Part shown: one piece after another, positions 36,968 to 47,878 of the stretch | Numbering within the stretch: the first letter of the stretch is position 1 | Layout of the letters: each line of letters starts with the position of its first letter | Source of the DNA: Terriglobia bacterium | GTDB taxonomy: Bacteria; Acidobacteriota; Terriglobia; Bryobacterales; Bryobacteraceae | DNA length: 64,000 nucleotides | Reading direction: 5' to 3' | Assembly (NCBI GenBank): GCA_963739705.1 | Contig: CAVUBR010000016.1 | Span: 58,964-122,963, forward strand | The notes under the pieces: generated by a model | Database searches by the model: none | What the model saw: the letters and a program-made list of their open reading frames with translations, nothing else | Told to the model about the DNA's origin: nothing | Program-made: the position numbers and the translations under genes

Positions 36968-38905
36968 CTACTCGGTCCGAGCTTTGATCTCGATCAGATT
37001 TTTGATTCCGGCCAGGAATGCGTCGACGCTTTGGGCTCCCTGATCGCCGTGCTTCCGGTTGCGGACCGAGACGCTGTCGTTCTGAGCTTCGCGATCGCCC
37101 ACCACCAGCATGTAGGGGATCTTCTGGAGCTGGGCGTCGCGGATTTTGAGATTCACTTTTTCGCTGCGATCGTCGAGTTCGACGCGGATTCCGGCCTGTT
37201 TGAGGCGGCCGGTGACTTTCTGGGCGTATTCGTTATGGCGATCGGTGATGGGCAGCACGATAGCCTGCACCGGGGCGAGCCACACCGGGAATGCGCCGGC
37301 ATAGTGTTCGACCAGGATGCCGAAGAAGCGCTCGACGGAGCCGAACAGCGCGCGATGGACCATGAGCGGCTGGTGCTTCTTGCCGTCTTCGGCGATGTAT
37401 TCCAGGTTGAAACGGCGCGGGAGCGTGAAATCGAACTGCACGGTGGATAGCTGCCAGGGGCGGCCGATGGCATCGAACAGTTTCACGTCGATTTTCGGGC
37501 CGTAGAAAGCGGCTTCGTCGGGGACCAGCTTGGCTTTGACGTTGAGCCGGTCGACGGCGTGTTTGAGCGCGTTCTCGGCTAGCGACCACTGGTCCGGCGT
37601 GCCGTCATACTTGCCGCTGGCGCCGCCGTCCCAGGTGGAAACTTCGGCCTCATAAGAATCGAAGCCGAAGGTGGTGAGGACATCGATGGCGAACTGCAGG
37701 CAGTTGACGATTTCGTCTTCGATCTGCGACGGCGTGCAGAAAATGTGGGCGTCGTCCTGAGTGAAGCCGCGGACGCGCAGCAAACCGTGCAGGACGCCGG
37801 CGCGTTCGTAGCGGTAGACGGTGCCGAGCTCGCCCAGGCGCACGGGAAGATCGCGATAGCTTCGCTGCCTGTCGGCGTAGATCAGGATGTGGCCGGGACA
37901 GTTCATGGGCTTGAGCTGGTATTCGGCGTCGTCCAGCTCCATGGGCTTGAACATGTTCTGGCTGAAGAAATTGGCGTGGCCGGAGGTCTTCCACAAGTCG
38001 TGCCGCATGACGTGCGGAGTGAAGACGAGCGAGTAGCCGCGCGCCAGGTATTGATCGCGCATCCAGTCCTCGATGATCTTTCGCACCAGGCCGCCCTTGG
38101 GGTGGAAGAAGATGAGGCCGGGGCCGGCTGCTTCCTGGATGCTGAAGAGGTCGAGCTCCTGGCCGAGCTTGCGGTGGTCGCGCTTTTTGGCTTCTTCCAG
38201 GCGCGCGAGGTAGGCGTCCAGATCTTTCTTACTGAAAAATGCCGTGCCGTAGATGCGCTGGAGCTTGGGATTGTGCTCGTCGCCTTTCCAGTACGCGCCG
38301 GCGACCGAGAGCAGCTTGAAGGCTTTGATGCGCGAGGTGGCCGGGACGTGCGGGCCGCGGCAGAAGTCGATGAAATTGGGGCCGAGGGTGTATTCGGAGA
38401 AAATCTCGTCGGCTTTTTCCTGGATGAGCTGGACCTTCATCCAGTCGTCGGCGTACTTTTGCAGGCCTTCGGTCTTGGCGGTGAGCTTGCGTTCGTAGGG
38501 GAGAGCTTTGGATTGCAGATCCCACATGCGGGCTTCGATTTTTTCGAGGTCTTCGGGGGTGAAGGGCGTTTCGCGCTGGAAGTCGTAGTAGAAGCCGGTG
38601 TCGGTGGGCGGGCCGATTCCGAGCTTGGTTTCCGGGAACAGCTCGAGCACCGCGGCGGCCAGCAGGTGGGCGGTGGAATGGCGGTAGACTTGGAGGGCTT
38701 CCGGGTTGCGCGAAGTGAGGATTTCGAGCTTGGCGTCGCCTTCGAGCGGGCGCGTTAGATCGTATAGCTGGTCGTTGACGCGCGCGACCACGGCGTCGTC
38801 GGCCAGGCGCTGGCCGATGGACTGGGCGACGTCCATGGGGCGGGTGCCTGGAGGGACTTCCTTCGTGCTGCCGTCGGGCAACGTGATGGTGAGGCTTTCG
38901 CTCAT
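36968..38905 (-). CDS. thrS: Threonine--tRNA ligase
   Basis: 645 aa. TGS domain (ITLPDGSTKEV), editing-domain HSTAHLLA, class II motifs (FRGPHV.., GFTQDDAHIF, ...GSVERF) and an anticodon-binding C-terminus. Confidence 0.97.
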   Translation of the reverse strand: MSESLTITLPDGSTKEVPPGTRPMDVAQSIGQRLADDAVVARVNDQLYDLTRPLEGDAKLEILTSRNPEALQVYRHSTAHLLAAAVLELFPETKLGIGPPTDTGFYYDFQRETPFTPEDLEKIEARMWDLQSKALPYERKLTAKTEGLQKYADDWMKVQLIQEKADEIFSEYTLGPNFIDFCRGPHVPATSRIKAFKLLSVAGAYWKGDEHNPKLQRIYGTAFFSKKDLDAYLARLEEAKKRDHRKLGQELDLFSIQEAAGPGLIFFHPKGGLVRKIIEDWMRDQYLARGYSLVFTPHVMRHDLWKTSGHANFFSQNMFKPMELDDAEYQLKPMNCPGHILIYADRQRSYRDLPVRLGELGTVYRYERAGVLHGLLRVRGFTQDDAHIFCTPSQIEDEIVNCLQFAIDVLTTFGFDSYEAEVSTWDGGASGKYDGTPDQWSLAENALKHAVDRLNVKAKLVPDEAAFYGPKIDVKLFDAIGRPWQLSTVQFDFTLPRRFNLEYIAEDGKKHQPLMVHRALFGSVERFFGILVEHYAGAFPVWLAPVQAIVLPITDRHNEYAQKVTGRLKQAGIRVELDDRSEKVNLKIRDAQLQKIPYMLVVGDREAQNDSVSVRNRKHGDQGAQSVDAFLAGIKNLIEIKARTE

Positions 38906-38977
38906 TTAGAATTCCAGGTTAACAGGAGCGACGTCGGGATGTGGCGTCAGTTCTCATTTCAAATAGCGGGCTGGAGT

Positions 38978-39229
38978 TTACTTGGGCAGGCCTCGCCGAT
39001 CATACAAAATAGCATCCGGACTACGCTTGTCTAGGGCGGGTAGCTTGGCACATGCGTGGCCGATCGCAAGCAGCCGGTTGACCAGGCGAGCCTTGTTGCG
39101 ACTCTTCCTGATGCGTTCCAGTCGTTCGATCACAGCGCGGTCCACTGCTTCAGTCATCGTCTCGCCCGTCAGCCGGGCAAGCTCTCGTAGGCGGCGCTGC
39201 GTTTCTTCGTTCTTGATGTTCAGGCCCAT
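38978..39229 (-). CDS. VapB-type antitoxin-like protein (Rv0623/PSK_trans_fac-like), with no cognate toxin gene
   Basis: MGLNIKNEETQRRLRELARLTGETMTEAVDRAVIERLERIR...ILYDRRGLPK is the typical family pattern. The next downstream gene is thrS, 72 nt away, not a PIN toxin. Confidence 0.7.
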   Translation of the reverse strand: MGLNIKNEETQRRLRELARLTGETMTEAVDRAVIERLERIRKSRNKARLVNRLLAIGHACAKLPALDKRSPDAILYDRRGLPK

Positions 39230-39250
39230 GCGTTCCTCTCGCCCGCAACC

Positions 39251-39916
39251 TCACCTCTGAGGCGTTTCGTCCTCGATGCGGTAATCTGGCGGAATTGAGA
39301 ACAGCGAGGCGTCGGGTTCCGCGCGGACGATGTTTTGGATTTTGCTGGTGGTTTTGACACCGAGCGCGGAGATCTGGCGAAAGCCGGTCAGGCGGAGCCC
39401 TTTGGAGATCCATTGTTCGTCGGTTCCGGTGATGGTGCAGTCGCCTTCCACTGTGATAGTGGTCAAGGAGGCGTCGAGATCGATGTCCTCGATGGTGCGT
39501 TTTCCGAGGGACTTGGTCTTAGTGGTTCGTTCGCCTGGTTCTCGGGCCAGTTCCTCGCCGCCCGGGCCTACCATCGCCATAACTATGGATGATGCTGGGG
39601 TTTGCGGGGGAAGGTTCATGCGAAAGGCCTGCTTTGTAGGCACGATCAACATTGCGAGGAATCCGGCTTCCGAATCGACGATCTCGATGAGTGTGGCGTC
39701 GCCCATCAGTTCGGGCAGATCCCGCTCAATGCGGATTCTTCCGGCTGTGTCGCGGTAGAACTTCGAGGCTTGACGGTGCGTTGTGGATTCTCCGGTAGGC
39801 GCGGTTTCGACGCGTTCGGTCACAATCTCTCCGGATATCGGCGCGCCAGAAATTGGAAGGATGGTGATCGGAGGCACAGAGCCGACTTTGGGCCTTGGTT
39901 CACGAGTTTGCGACAA
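39251..39916 (-). CDS. Hypothetical (probably secreted) protein; start uncertain
   Basis: ORF with a TTG start at 39916. The same frame upstream reads (TAA)-SAFVASLIILLAGTALL-SQTREP. This is a signal-peptide-like stretch with no usable start codon. No family recognised. Confidence 0.45.
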   Translation of the reverse strand: MSQTREPRPKVGSVPPITILPISGAPISGEIVTERVETAPTGESTTHRQASKFYRDTAGRIRIERDLPELMGDATLIEIVDSEAGFLAMLIVPTKQAFRMNLPPQTPASSIVMAMVGPGGEELAREPGERTTKTKSLGKRTIEDIDLDASLTTITVEGDCTITGTDEQWISKGLRLTGFRQISALGVKTTSKIQNIVRAEPDASLFSIPPDYRIEDETPQR

Positions 39917-39985
39917 GAGAGCTGTTCCTGCGAGGAGGATGATGAGGCTCGCAACGAATGCTGATTAACCCACGGATCAAGAGTA

Positions 39986-42953
39986 TCACCGGGCTGTCTC
40001 GGCGAGCAGGTTTCGGATCAGTACTGTGGGATGAAACGTCTGGGCGCCGTTCAGGTCGGCGATTTGATGGCGGCAGGAGGTGCCCGTTGCTACCAGGACG
40101 TCGCCGGGTTGCATGGATTCGACCGCGGGCAAAAGGCGGCGGCCGGCGATGGCTTTCGAAACTTCGTAGTGATCTTTGGAATAGCCGAAAGATCCGGCCA
40201 TGCCGCAGCAGCCGGCATCCAGATCGACAACCGTGACGGAAGGGATGCGCGACAGGAGAGCGATGGTGGCTTTCGTCAAGCCCATCGATTTTTGATGACA
40301 GTGCGCGTGGAACAGGATTCTTTGGGGGCCGGCGCGGAGGGGCAGATCCAATTGCCGCCGCAAACTCGTCGAATAGCATGCACGCCTGCGCTACGGTGCG
40401 GGCTTTCGTTTGTTGGTCTCCGCGCAAAAGCGCCGGCGCGTCTTCCTTGACGGCTGAGAGGCAGCTTGGCTCGCAGAAGAGAATTTTTTCGCCGCGGTCC
40501 GCGACGGGGAAGAGCGCGTCTACAACTCGGGCGGCGTGTTGGCGGGCCTGCTGGAGTAGGCCCTGCGAAATCAGCGGGCGGCCGCAACAGCCTGGGCGGA
40601 CGACGTTTGTGCGGCATCCGGCATGCTGCAGGATCTCGACTGCCGCGATGCCGATCTCGGGGTCGAAGTGATTGGTGAAGGTGTCGTTAAACAGAGTGAC
40701 AGGCAGGCCGTCGGCCGGCGATTGGGCGTGCGAGTCCAGCCAATCGGCGAAGGTTTCGCGCTTCCACTCGGGAAGCGTGCGGCGGCGATCGATGTTCAGG
40801 AGCTTTTCATTCGCATAGCGGCCTAGAGAGCTGCGCGTGAGCGTGTTAGAAAGCGGAGCGAAGCGGCTGGCCCAGCTCGACAGAGAGCCGATATGGCCGA
40901 GGGCGCGTGCGCGGAGCGGAACGCCGTGGCGCTTCCAATAATCGGCCAGAAATTCGCTCTTGAGCATCGCCATATCGACGTTCACCGGGCATTCGGCTTT
41001 GCAGGCGCGGCACTCCAGGCACAAGTCCAATACGTTATAGACGTCTTCGTCGCCGAGGCCGGTTTGGTTGAGCTGGCCCGAGATCGCCATGCGAAGCGCG
41101 TTGGCGCGGCCGCGCGTGGTGGCCGACTCGTCTTGCGTCGCCATGAAGGAGGGGCACATTGTGCCGGATAACCTTTTGCGGCACGCTCCCACGCCACTGC
41201 ACATTTCGATCGCGCCGGCGACGCCGCCGTATTCGGAAAAATCAAACCAGGTGGATGGATTGCGAGCTTGGTACGCCGAACCGAATCGGAGATTGGATGT
41301 CAGCGGGGGCGGGTCGACGATCTTGCCGGGGTTCAGAATGCCGAGGGGATCGAAAGTTCGCTTGATCTCGCGGAAGGCTTCATAGAGCACATCGCCGAAA
41401 ATCTTGCGCATGAACGGGCTTCTGACCAAGCCATCGCCGTGTTCGCCCGAGATCGCGCCGCCGAACTCGACCACCAGGTCAGAGACTTCCTCGGCCAGGC
41501 TCGAAAATTTGCGAACGCCCTCTTCGGTTTTCATGTTGATGACGGGGCGAACGTGCAGGCAACCGACCGAGGCGTGCGCGTAGACTCCGGCGGTGGTTTG
41601 GTGCCGGTCGATGATTTCGAGGAACCGGCCGATGTATTCGCCCAGTTTTTCCGGAGCAACGGCGGTGTCCTCGACGAAGGAGATGGACTTGGCATCTTGC
41701 TTCATGGCCATCGACAGGCCGAGGGCGGCTTCGCGGAGATTCCAGATGCGGGCCTGGGCGGCGGGGTCTGTTTCGGAATGGTAGAAGTAACCGAGGTTGC
41801 GCGATCGCAGGTCGGTTTCGAGGGCTGCGAGGCGGGCGGGCAGGTCTTCTTTGCGATCGGCGTAAAACTCGACGCAGAGGATGGCGGCCGGGTCGCCCTG
41901 GATGACCGCGCGGCGGGCCTGGTCGAGTGCAAGGTTCTGACGGGTGTTGTCGAGGATGGATTTGTCCATTACCTCGACCGCGGAGGGCTGGTGCACCAGG
42001 ATGAATGGAGTGGCGTGGAGCGAGTCCAAGAGATGGTGAAATCCGATCACCATCACGGCTTTGGCTTTCGGCAGAGGCACCAGGCGCAGCTTCGCCTCCA
42101 GCACCACGCCCAGCGTGCCTTCGGAGCCCACCATGAGCTTGGCCAGGTTCACGGTGCTGGCGGGGTCGACGAATTCGTCCAGGTTGTAGCCGCCCACGCG
42201 GCGCAGAATTTTCGGATAGCGCTGGGCGATTTCGGCGGAGTGCTGGCGGGTCAGGTCGAGAACGGTGCGATAGCAGGCGGCTTCGAGCGTGTCGCCGGTT
42301 GGGATTTGGTCGCGGCGGATTTCGCGAAATTGAACGACGCTGCCGTCTGAGAGCGCGACGGTCTGTTCGAGCACATGGTCGATGGTTTTTCCGAACACCA
42401 CGCTGCGCGCGCCGGCGGAGTTGTTGGCCATCATGCCGCCGATGGTGGCGCGGCTGGCGGTTGAGATGTCTGGGGCGAAACGGAGGCCGTGCGGGGCCAG
42501 TTGCGCGTTCAGTTCGTCGAGTACGACGCCTGGTTCGACGCGCGCCCAACGCTGGGGCGCGTTGATTTCGAGAACACGATTGAAGTACTTGGAGGTGTCC
42601 ACCTGGACGCCCTCGCCGATGGCTTGTCCGGCTTGGGATGTGCCGCCGCCGCGCATGGTCAGAGGGCAGCGAAAGCGATGGCAGATTTGAATCGTGCTGA
42701 TGATGTCCTGGCGCGTTTTCGGAATCACCACGCCCAGAGGCCGGATTTGATAGACGCTGGCGTCGGTGGAGTACAAGGCGCGTGAAATCTGGTCGAAGCG
42801 GACCTCGCCCTGGATTTGGCGCTCGAGTTCGCGCTGCAGCGCAGCGGCATCCACTAAGCCGGCGTTGGCTTGGGGCACTGGCGTGCCGAGGGTGAGGTTG
42901 ACCAGGTTCAATGCGTTGCCTTCATGGGACCATTCCGATTGGATTCGTGTCAA
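39986..42953 (-). CDS. FAD-binding (GlcD/D-lactate dehydrogenase-like) and Fe-S/CCG-domain oxidoreductase fusion (one frameshift near 40360)
   Basis: FAD_binding_4 region (VVIPKTRQDIISTIQICHRFRCPLTMRGGGTSQAGQ), 4Fe-4S motif CLECRACKAECP, and CCG motifs. The last CCG domain (ILFHAHCHQKSMG...DAGCCGMAGSFGY) lies in ORF 39986..40363. Confidence 0.85.
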
Positions 42954-42981
42954 TGTAAGTGGCGCGCGGGATTTGTGGATT

Positions 42982-44170
42982 ATGATTGGACAGGTGAGCT
43001 ACCGGCCAGGCAGACATTTTCTCCAGATACCGGGACCGACGAACGTGCCGGATCGCGTTTTACGCGCCATCGATCACGCCACCATCGATCATCGGAGCTC
43101 CGATTTTGCGGAATTGGGCGAGAGCGTGTCTGGATGGAATGAAATCGATTTTTCAGACGCAAGGGCCGGTGGTTATTTTTCCGTCGTCGGGTACTGGGGC
43201 GTGGGAAGCGGCGCTGGTGAACACGCTGAGCGCCGGCGACAAGGTGCTCGCATTTGAAACGGGGCACTTCGCTACGCTTTGGACGAAGATGGCCCGGAAC
43301 CTGGGACTGAGTGTGGACGTGATTCCCGGCGATTGGCGTCACGGCGCGGACCCGGCGCGTTTGGAGGAACGGCTGAAAGCCGACTCGGCGCATGAGATCC
43401 AGGCGGTGATGGTGGTCCACAACGAGACTTCGACGGGGACTACCAGTAACATTCCTGCGGTTCGGCGCGCGATCGACGCTGCGCGGCATCCGGCGCTGCT
43501 GTTGGTGGATACGATCTCGTCGCTGGCGTGTATGGAGTACCGGCACGAGGAGTGGGGCGTGGATGTGACGGTGGGTGGGTCGCAAAAAGGTCTCATGCTG
43601 CCGCCTGGACTCGGTTTCAACGCGATCAGCGCGAAGGCGATGGAAGCGGGCAAGAAGTCGCGCTTGCCGAAGAGCTTCTTTCAGTGGGGCGAGATGTTGG
43701 AGGCCAATGCGAAGGGATTTTTTCCGTACACGCCTTCGACGAACTTGCTGTATGGCCTGCGGGAAGCGCTCCGCATGCTGGAGGAAGAGGGGCTCGAGAA
43801 CGTTTTCAAGCGCCATGCACGTTTAGCCGAGGCGACGCGAAGGGCTGCCCGCGCCTGGGGGCTGGAGATGGTGGCGCTCAATTGCGCTGAATACAGCAAC
43901 TCGTTGACGGCGCTCTTTGTGCCGGAGGGATTCAACGAGGCCACGGTGCGTGCGCTGATTCTGGAGCGGTTCAACATGTCGCTGGGCGCAGGGCTCGGTA
44001 AGCTGGCCGGGCGCGCTTTTCGCATCGGCCATCTGGGCGACTTCAATGAGCTGATGCTGGCGGGCACGCTGGCCGGGGTCGAGATGGGGCTGGAATTGGC
44101 CGGAATCCCGCATGGCAAGGGCGGCGTGGACGCGGCGCTCGACTACTTGTTGGAGCAGGCCAGAGCGTGA
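42982..44170 (+). CDS. Class V aminotransferase (serine/alanine--glyoxylate aminotransferase family), one frameshift near 43128
   Basis: The N-terminus MIGQVSYRPGRHFLQIPGPTNVPDRVLRAIDHATIDHRSSDFAELGESV (in ORF 42766..43257) joins LDGMKSIFQTQGPVVIFPSSGTGAWEAAL in ORF 43106..44170. PLP lysine context: VTVGGSQKGLMLPPG. Confidence 0.85.
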
Positions 44171-44177
44171 CTCGCAA

Positions 44178-44867
44178 TCACCGTGGCGCGCGGCGGAATG
44201 GCAGCCACATCAGGAAAAAGAGAGCCAGCGCCACCAACTCGCCGGCCGCGATGTACCACGGCCAAGGTCCCAGATAGTTCAACAACGAAACATTGGCGGG
44301 CTTTTCGCGGAGGTACATGTAATTGGTTTTGAAAAGCCAGTCGAACACGCCGACGGCGGCGGCGTACAGGTTCGCCGTCCGAAATGCTGTCCAGACGCTG
44401 TTGGGGCGCGGCCGGAGCAAGCGGCCCCAAGTCAACGTCAGAATCGTAACGATGACGAAGCCGTGCGCCAGAAAAAAGTAGATGGTCGGATAGGACGGGA
44501 AGGGCGCCCACAGGTCGGGCGTCAGCACCGCCATGCTGCTTCCGGCCACGCCGGCGTAGTAGGCCAGTTCATAGCACCAGGGCTGAAGCCACAGCGCCGC
44601 GATGATGGTAAGCCACAGGGTGAAATCGCAAAGTTGCAGGGGCAGGCCTTCGGGGAAGCGAAAGCCTTCGTGCTGATAGCGGTAGAAATACCAGATGAGT
44701 TCGTTGACCAGAAGGAACAAACCCAGGCTGCGGCGAATCCAGAGGCTGGCTAAACGGCTTCTGCGGCAGAGTGCCGACAGAACCAGAGCGATCAGAGGGA
44801 TGGCAGCGATGATCGCGAGATGCGCCGGCCCGAACAGTTGGAATCCGGGCACAGCGAAGAGGAGCAT
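44178..44867 (-). CDS. TIGR02206/YwaF-like integral membrane protein
   Basis: 229 aa with 6-7 TM helices and an [11 protein letters not shown] motif. Its ATG shares one base with the TAA of the upstream gene (TAATG). Confidence 0.55.
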   Translation of the reverse strand: MLLFAVPGFQLFGPAHLAIIAAIPLIALVLSALCRRSRLASLWIRRSLGLFLLVNELIWYFYRYQHEGFRFPEGLPLQLCDFTLWLTIIAALWLQPWCYELAYYAGVAGSSMAVLTPDLWAPFPSYPTIYFFLAHGFVIVTILTLTWGRLLRPRPNSVWTAFRTANLYAAAVGVFDWLFKTNYMYLREKPANVSLLNYLGPWPWYIAAGELVALALFFLMWLPFRRAPR

Positions 44868-46006
44868 TAATAGCGAAACACGGCCGCGATTGCGGCGCCA
44901 TCCGGCATTTTAGCGGCTGGCAGGCTGAAAGCTAAGCCGCGCTGTCGCAGGGTTTCGATGGCGGCACGGTTGAGCGGATCTTCGTCGCCCCGGTCTACGC
45001 GCGCGTCCTGATTGATATAGAGCCAGCCCACACGGCCGTCGGCGGCAGCGTGGAGGATGGTGTCCAAGTCTGTTGAGAAGCGTGCCGGCGCCATCCGTTC
45101 CTTGGATTCCATGAGACCCGCGGCAGCGTGCTCGGTCGCATCGGATCGAACAATGGCATAGGCTCGCTTCAGCAATTCGTCCTCGGAGAACGGCGAGTTG
45201 GCGCCCCCGTGGATGCTCTCCTTGAGCAAGTGCGGGTAACCGCTGAGGGAGCGATAGATGGCGGTATCCTCATCAACGCCCGCCAGGACCAGGGGTGCGT
45301 CGCCGGCGTGGAGCAGTTCGCGAATGCCGCGGTCGACGGCCTTGAAAAAGTCCGCCACGTACGTGTGAGCGGTCTCGCGTCCCGAACCGGTTCCGAAACG
45401 CACGCCGCGCATGGACCCGGTGGAGCTGCCGGCGGTGGAGCGATTCTCGAGGTCGTGATCGGGCGGTTTGAAGGCCAGGGCCTCGTCGAGTGTTCGGGGC
45501 ACGCCCTTAGGCAGCTCGACGCGGTGCGCACGCAGGCCGGCATAGCGCCATAGCTCCACCGATTTCTGCGACAAGCGCAGCAGATAGAACTCGGCAGGCA
45601 GGTGCAGATCCACGAGCACGGGCCGTACCTGGAAACAGCCGGCCACGGTGAGCGAGGGTTTCAGCGGCTCGATCCCGTCCAGGATGGTAAAAACTTCCGG
45701 GGAGCGAAAGATAGCGTGGCCCCAGTGGGATCCAGCCTCGAATTCAGGAGCATCGGTCAGCCGGAGTAACGGCTCGATTAAGTCGGTTACCTCGGGCTGG
45801 GCGATCGAGCGCGCCTTAAGCTGCCGTTGGACATCCTGACAGTAGGTTCGTAACATCGTGCCCATGGACTTGGCCTGTTCTCCGGGCCGGTAAGGCGGCA
45901 GCAGGATGGTAACGCAGGGCGCGGCAGAGCCGGCCAGCTCCCCGATTTTTTCGGGGCGCAGGGTCTCTAACGTCGGAACATTCAAGCCGGTCATAGAGTC
46001 CTCCAT
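44867..46006 (-). CDS. eRF1-like 'baeRF' family protein (bacterial archaeo-eukaryotic release-factor-like), function unknown
   Basis: Start taken at ATG 46006 (or 45994). The tracked ORF extends to 46096. The layout matches what I recall of baeRF proteins: [34 protein letters not shown], then [18 protein letters not shown]...[54 protein letters not shown]...[16 protein letters not shown] and [15 protein letters not shown]. Not verified by any search. Confidence 0.5.
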   Translation of the reverse strand: MEDSMTGLNVPTLETLRPEKIGELAGSAAPCVTILLPPYRPGEQAKSMGTMLRTYCQDVQRQLKARSIAQPEVTDLIEPLLRLTDAPEFEAGSHWGHAIFRSPEVFTILDGIEPLKPSLTVAGCFQVRPVLVDLHLPAEFYLLRLSQKSVELWRYAGLRAHRVELPKGVPRTLDEALAFKPPDHDLENRSTAGSSTGSMRGVRFGTGSGRETAHTYVADFFKAVDRGIRELLHAGDAPLVLAGVDEDTAIYRSLSGYPHLLKESIHGGANSPFSEDELLKRAYAIVRSDATEHAAAGLMESKERMAPARFSTDLDTILHAAADGRVGWLYINQDARVDRGDEDPLNRAAIETLRQRGLAFSLPAAKMPDGAAIAAVFRY

Positions 46007-46268
46007 CCAGGACTGCTGGCACGCATCCAACCAATTGCGGGAAGGCCAACATATTACGGTTGTTCGGGCGCGAAGTGGTTGGTTGGGAGCTTTCACGCAC
46101 CCTCGCTATGGGGAAAACGGCGCGGGGCTTCTCGGCGATCGGCAGAGCCGCCAACAGATTGAACGGTATGCTCTTCTGGTACCGCTCGTGCGGGTGACTA
46201 GGTGGTCCAGAATAGTAGTCCGGAGACGTCTTGTGTCTCAGGGATGACGGACCGGAAGAAGGCGCAAG

Positions 46269-46940
46269 ATGGGCGACAAAGAACTGCGAGAAGCGGTCGA
46301 GCAAGCGCTCGATTGGGAACCGATCGTTGACGCCAAGGGTATTGGGGTGTCGGTCGCGGATGGGGTTGTGACGTTGAGCGGACACGTTCCGACTTATGCC
46401 GAGAAACGAGAAGCTGAGAAGGTGGCGGGCTTGGTGCGGGGGGTCAAGGCAGTGGCTTGCGAGCTGGAGGTGGCACTACCGGTCTCTTTCGAGCGAAGCG
46501 ATGAGGAAATCGCGCGGGCGGCTGCCAACGCCGTTGCTTGGAATACGCTGTTGCCGAAGGACGCCATCCAAGTGTGGGTGGACAAAGGGCGCGTGACGCT
46601 GGAAGGCGCGGTGGATTGGCAGTATCAACGGAGGGGGGCCGGAAAGAGCGTGCGGTATCTGGCGGGCGTCCGAGACGTGAATAATCACATCTTGGTTCGG
46701 CCGCGGGCCGATCAGGTCGCCGTGAAGGCGCAGATTGAAGCTGCGCTGCTACGCAACGCGCAGTTGGACGCCAACCGGATCCGTGTCGATATTCGTGGAG
46801 GCCGCGTCATTCTGAGCGGCACAGTGCAATCCTGGCTGGAGCGGGAAGCGGCCGAACAGGCGGCCTGGGGTGCGCCGGGCGTATGTGACGTCGAGAATCT
46901 GCTCATTGTGAACCCGGTGGCGAGCCTGGTGGCGTATTAG
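46269..46940 (+). CDS. BON-domain protein (three BON repeats, OsmY-like)
   Basis: The pattern ...I.V.V.DG.VTLSG.V....E...AE.....V.GV..V.N.L.V recurs three times (GIGVSVADGVVTLSGHVPTY, IQVWVDKGRVTLEGAVDWQ, IRVDIRGGRVILSGTVQSW). Confidence 0.85.
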   Translation: MGDKELREAVEQALDWEPIVDAKGIGVSVADGVVTLSGHVPTYAEKREAEKVAGLVRGVKAVACELEVALPVSFERSDEEIARAAANAVAWNTLLPKDAIQVWVDKGRVTLEGAVDWQYQRRGAGKSVRYLAGVRDVNNHILVRPRADQVAVKAQIEAALLRNAQLDANRIRVDIRGGRVILSGTVQSWLEREAAEQAAWGAPGVCDVENLLIVNPVASLVAY

Positions 46941-46975
46941 CGCGGCTTGGCCGGCTGGGAAGGAGGGAGGGACGA

Positions 46976-47848
46976 ATGATCCGGTTCCAGAGAATCCTGT
47001 TTCCAGTTGATTTTTCCGAGCAGTGCGTGGCCATCGTGCCGGCTGTGAAGGCCATGGCCAGCCAATTTGGCGCGCGGCTCGAGGTGCTGCACGTGGTGGA
47101 CTTGCCTGCGGCCTGGTTTGGGTCGCCCGAGGCCGCCGCTTGGGCAGCGCTGATCAGCGCTGAACGGCTGCGGGAGGAAGGCCAGATCGCTCTGGATCGT
47201 TTCATTGCGAAGCATTTCGGGAATTTTCCCGTGACCGCGGTGGTGGACGAAGGCGAAGCGGGGCGCGAGATCGCCGATTACGCGCAGGACAAGCATACGG
47301 ACCTCATCATGATGCCGACCCATGGTTATGGTCCGTTCCGAGCGTTTTTATTGGGGTCCATCACTGCCAAGGTGTTGCATGACGCGCATTGTCCGGTTTG
47401 GACCGGAGTGCATGCCGAAGAGCTGACGGCGCATCCTCCGCAGCGCTGGAAGCACCTGCTGTGCGCGATCGACACGGATCCGCGGGACGCCGCGGTGCTC
47501 AAGTGGGCGGCGGAGTTTGCGGCTGGGCGAGGCTTGGAGGTGCGGCTGGTGCACGCCGTTGAGGGAGTGGACGGAACGTTGACGAAAGAACGCGACCCGA
47601 GTATGTACGAGTTCCTGTTCAACGTGGCGCGCGAGCGGATCGCGGCGACGCAGTCCCAGGCGGGAACGCATTTTGAAGTCTGTTTTCTGGGAGGCAAGGT
47701 GGGCCGCGCGATACACCAGGCGGCTATCAGCCACGACGCCGATCTCGTAGTGATCGGGCGCGGTGTGATGCAACACAAGCTCGGGCGTCTGCGCAGCAGT
47801 GCCGTTTCCGTTATCCGACAAGCGCCCTGCCCGGTGATCAGCATTTAG
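46976..47848 (+). CDS. Universal stress protein, tandem Usp domains
   Basis: Two Usp modules: RILFPVDFSEQC...DLIMMPTHGYGPFRAFLLGSITAKVLHDAHCPVW and HLLCAIDTDPRD...DLVVIGRGVMQHKLGRLRSSAVSVIRQAPCPV. Confidence 0.85.
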   Translation: MIRFQRILFPVDFSEQCVAIVPAVKAMASQFGARLEVLHVVDLPAAWFGSPEAAAWAALISAERLREEGQIALDRFIAKHFGNFPVTAVVDEGEAGREIADYAQDKHTDLIMMPTHGYGPFRAFLLGSITAKVLHDAHCPVWTGVHAEELTAHPPQRWKHLLCAIDTDPRDAAVLKWAAEFAAGRGLEVRLVHAVEGVDGTLTKERDPSMYEFLFNVARERIAATQSQAGTHFEVCFLGGKVGRAIHQAAISHDADLVVIGRGVMQHKLGRLRSSAVSVIRQAPCPVISI

Positions 47849-47878
47849 GCCAGGGTCTAGCTTTGCGGAGCGTGTGAG

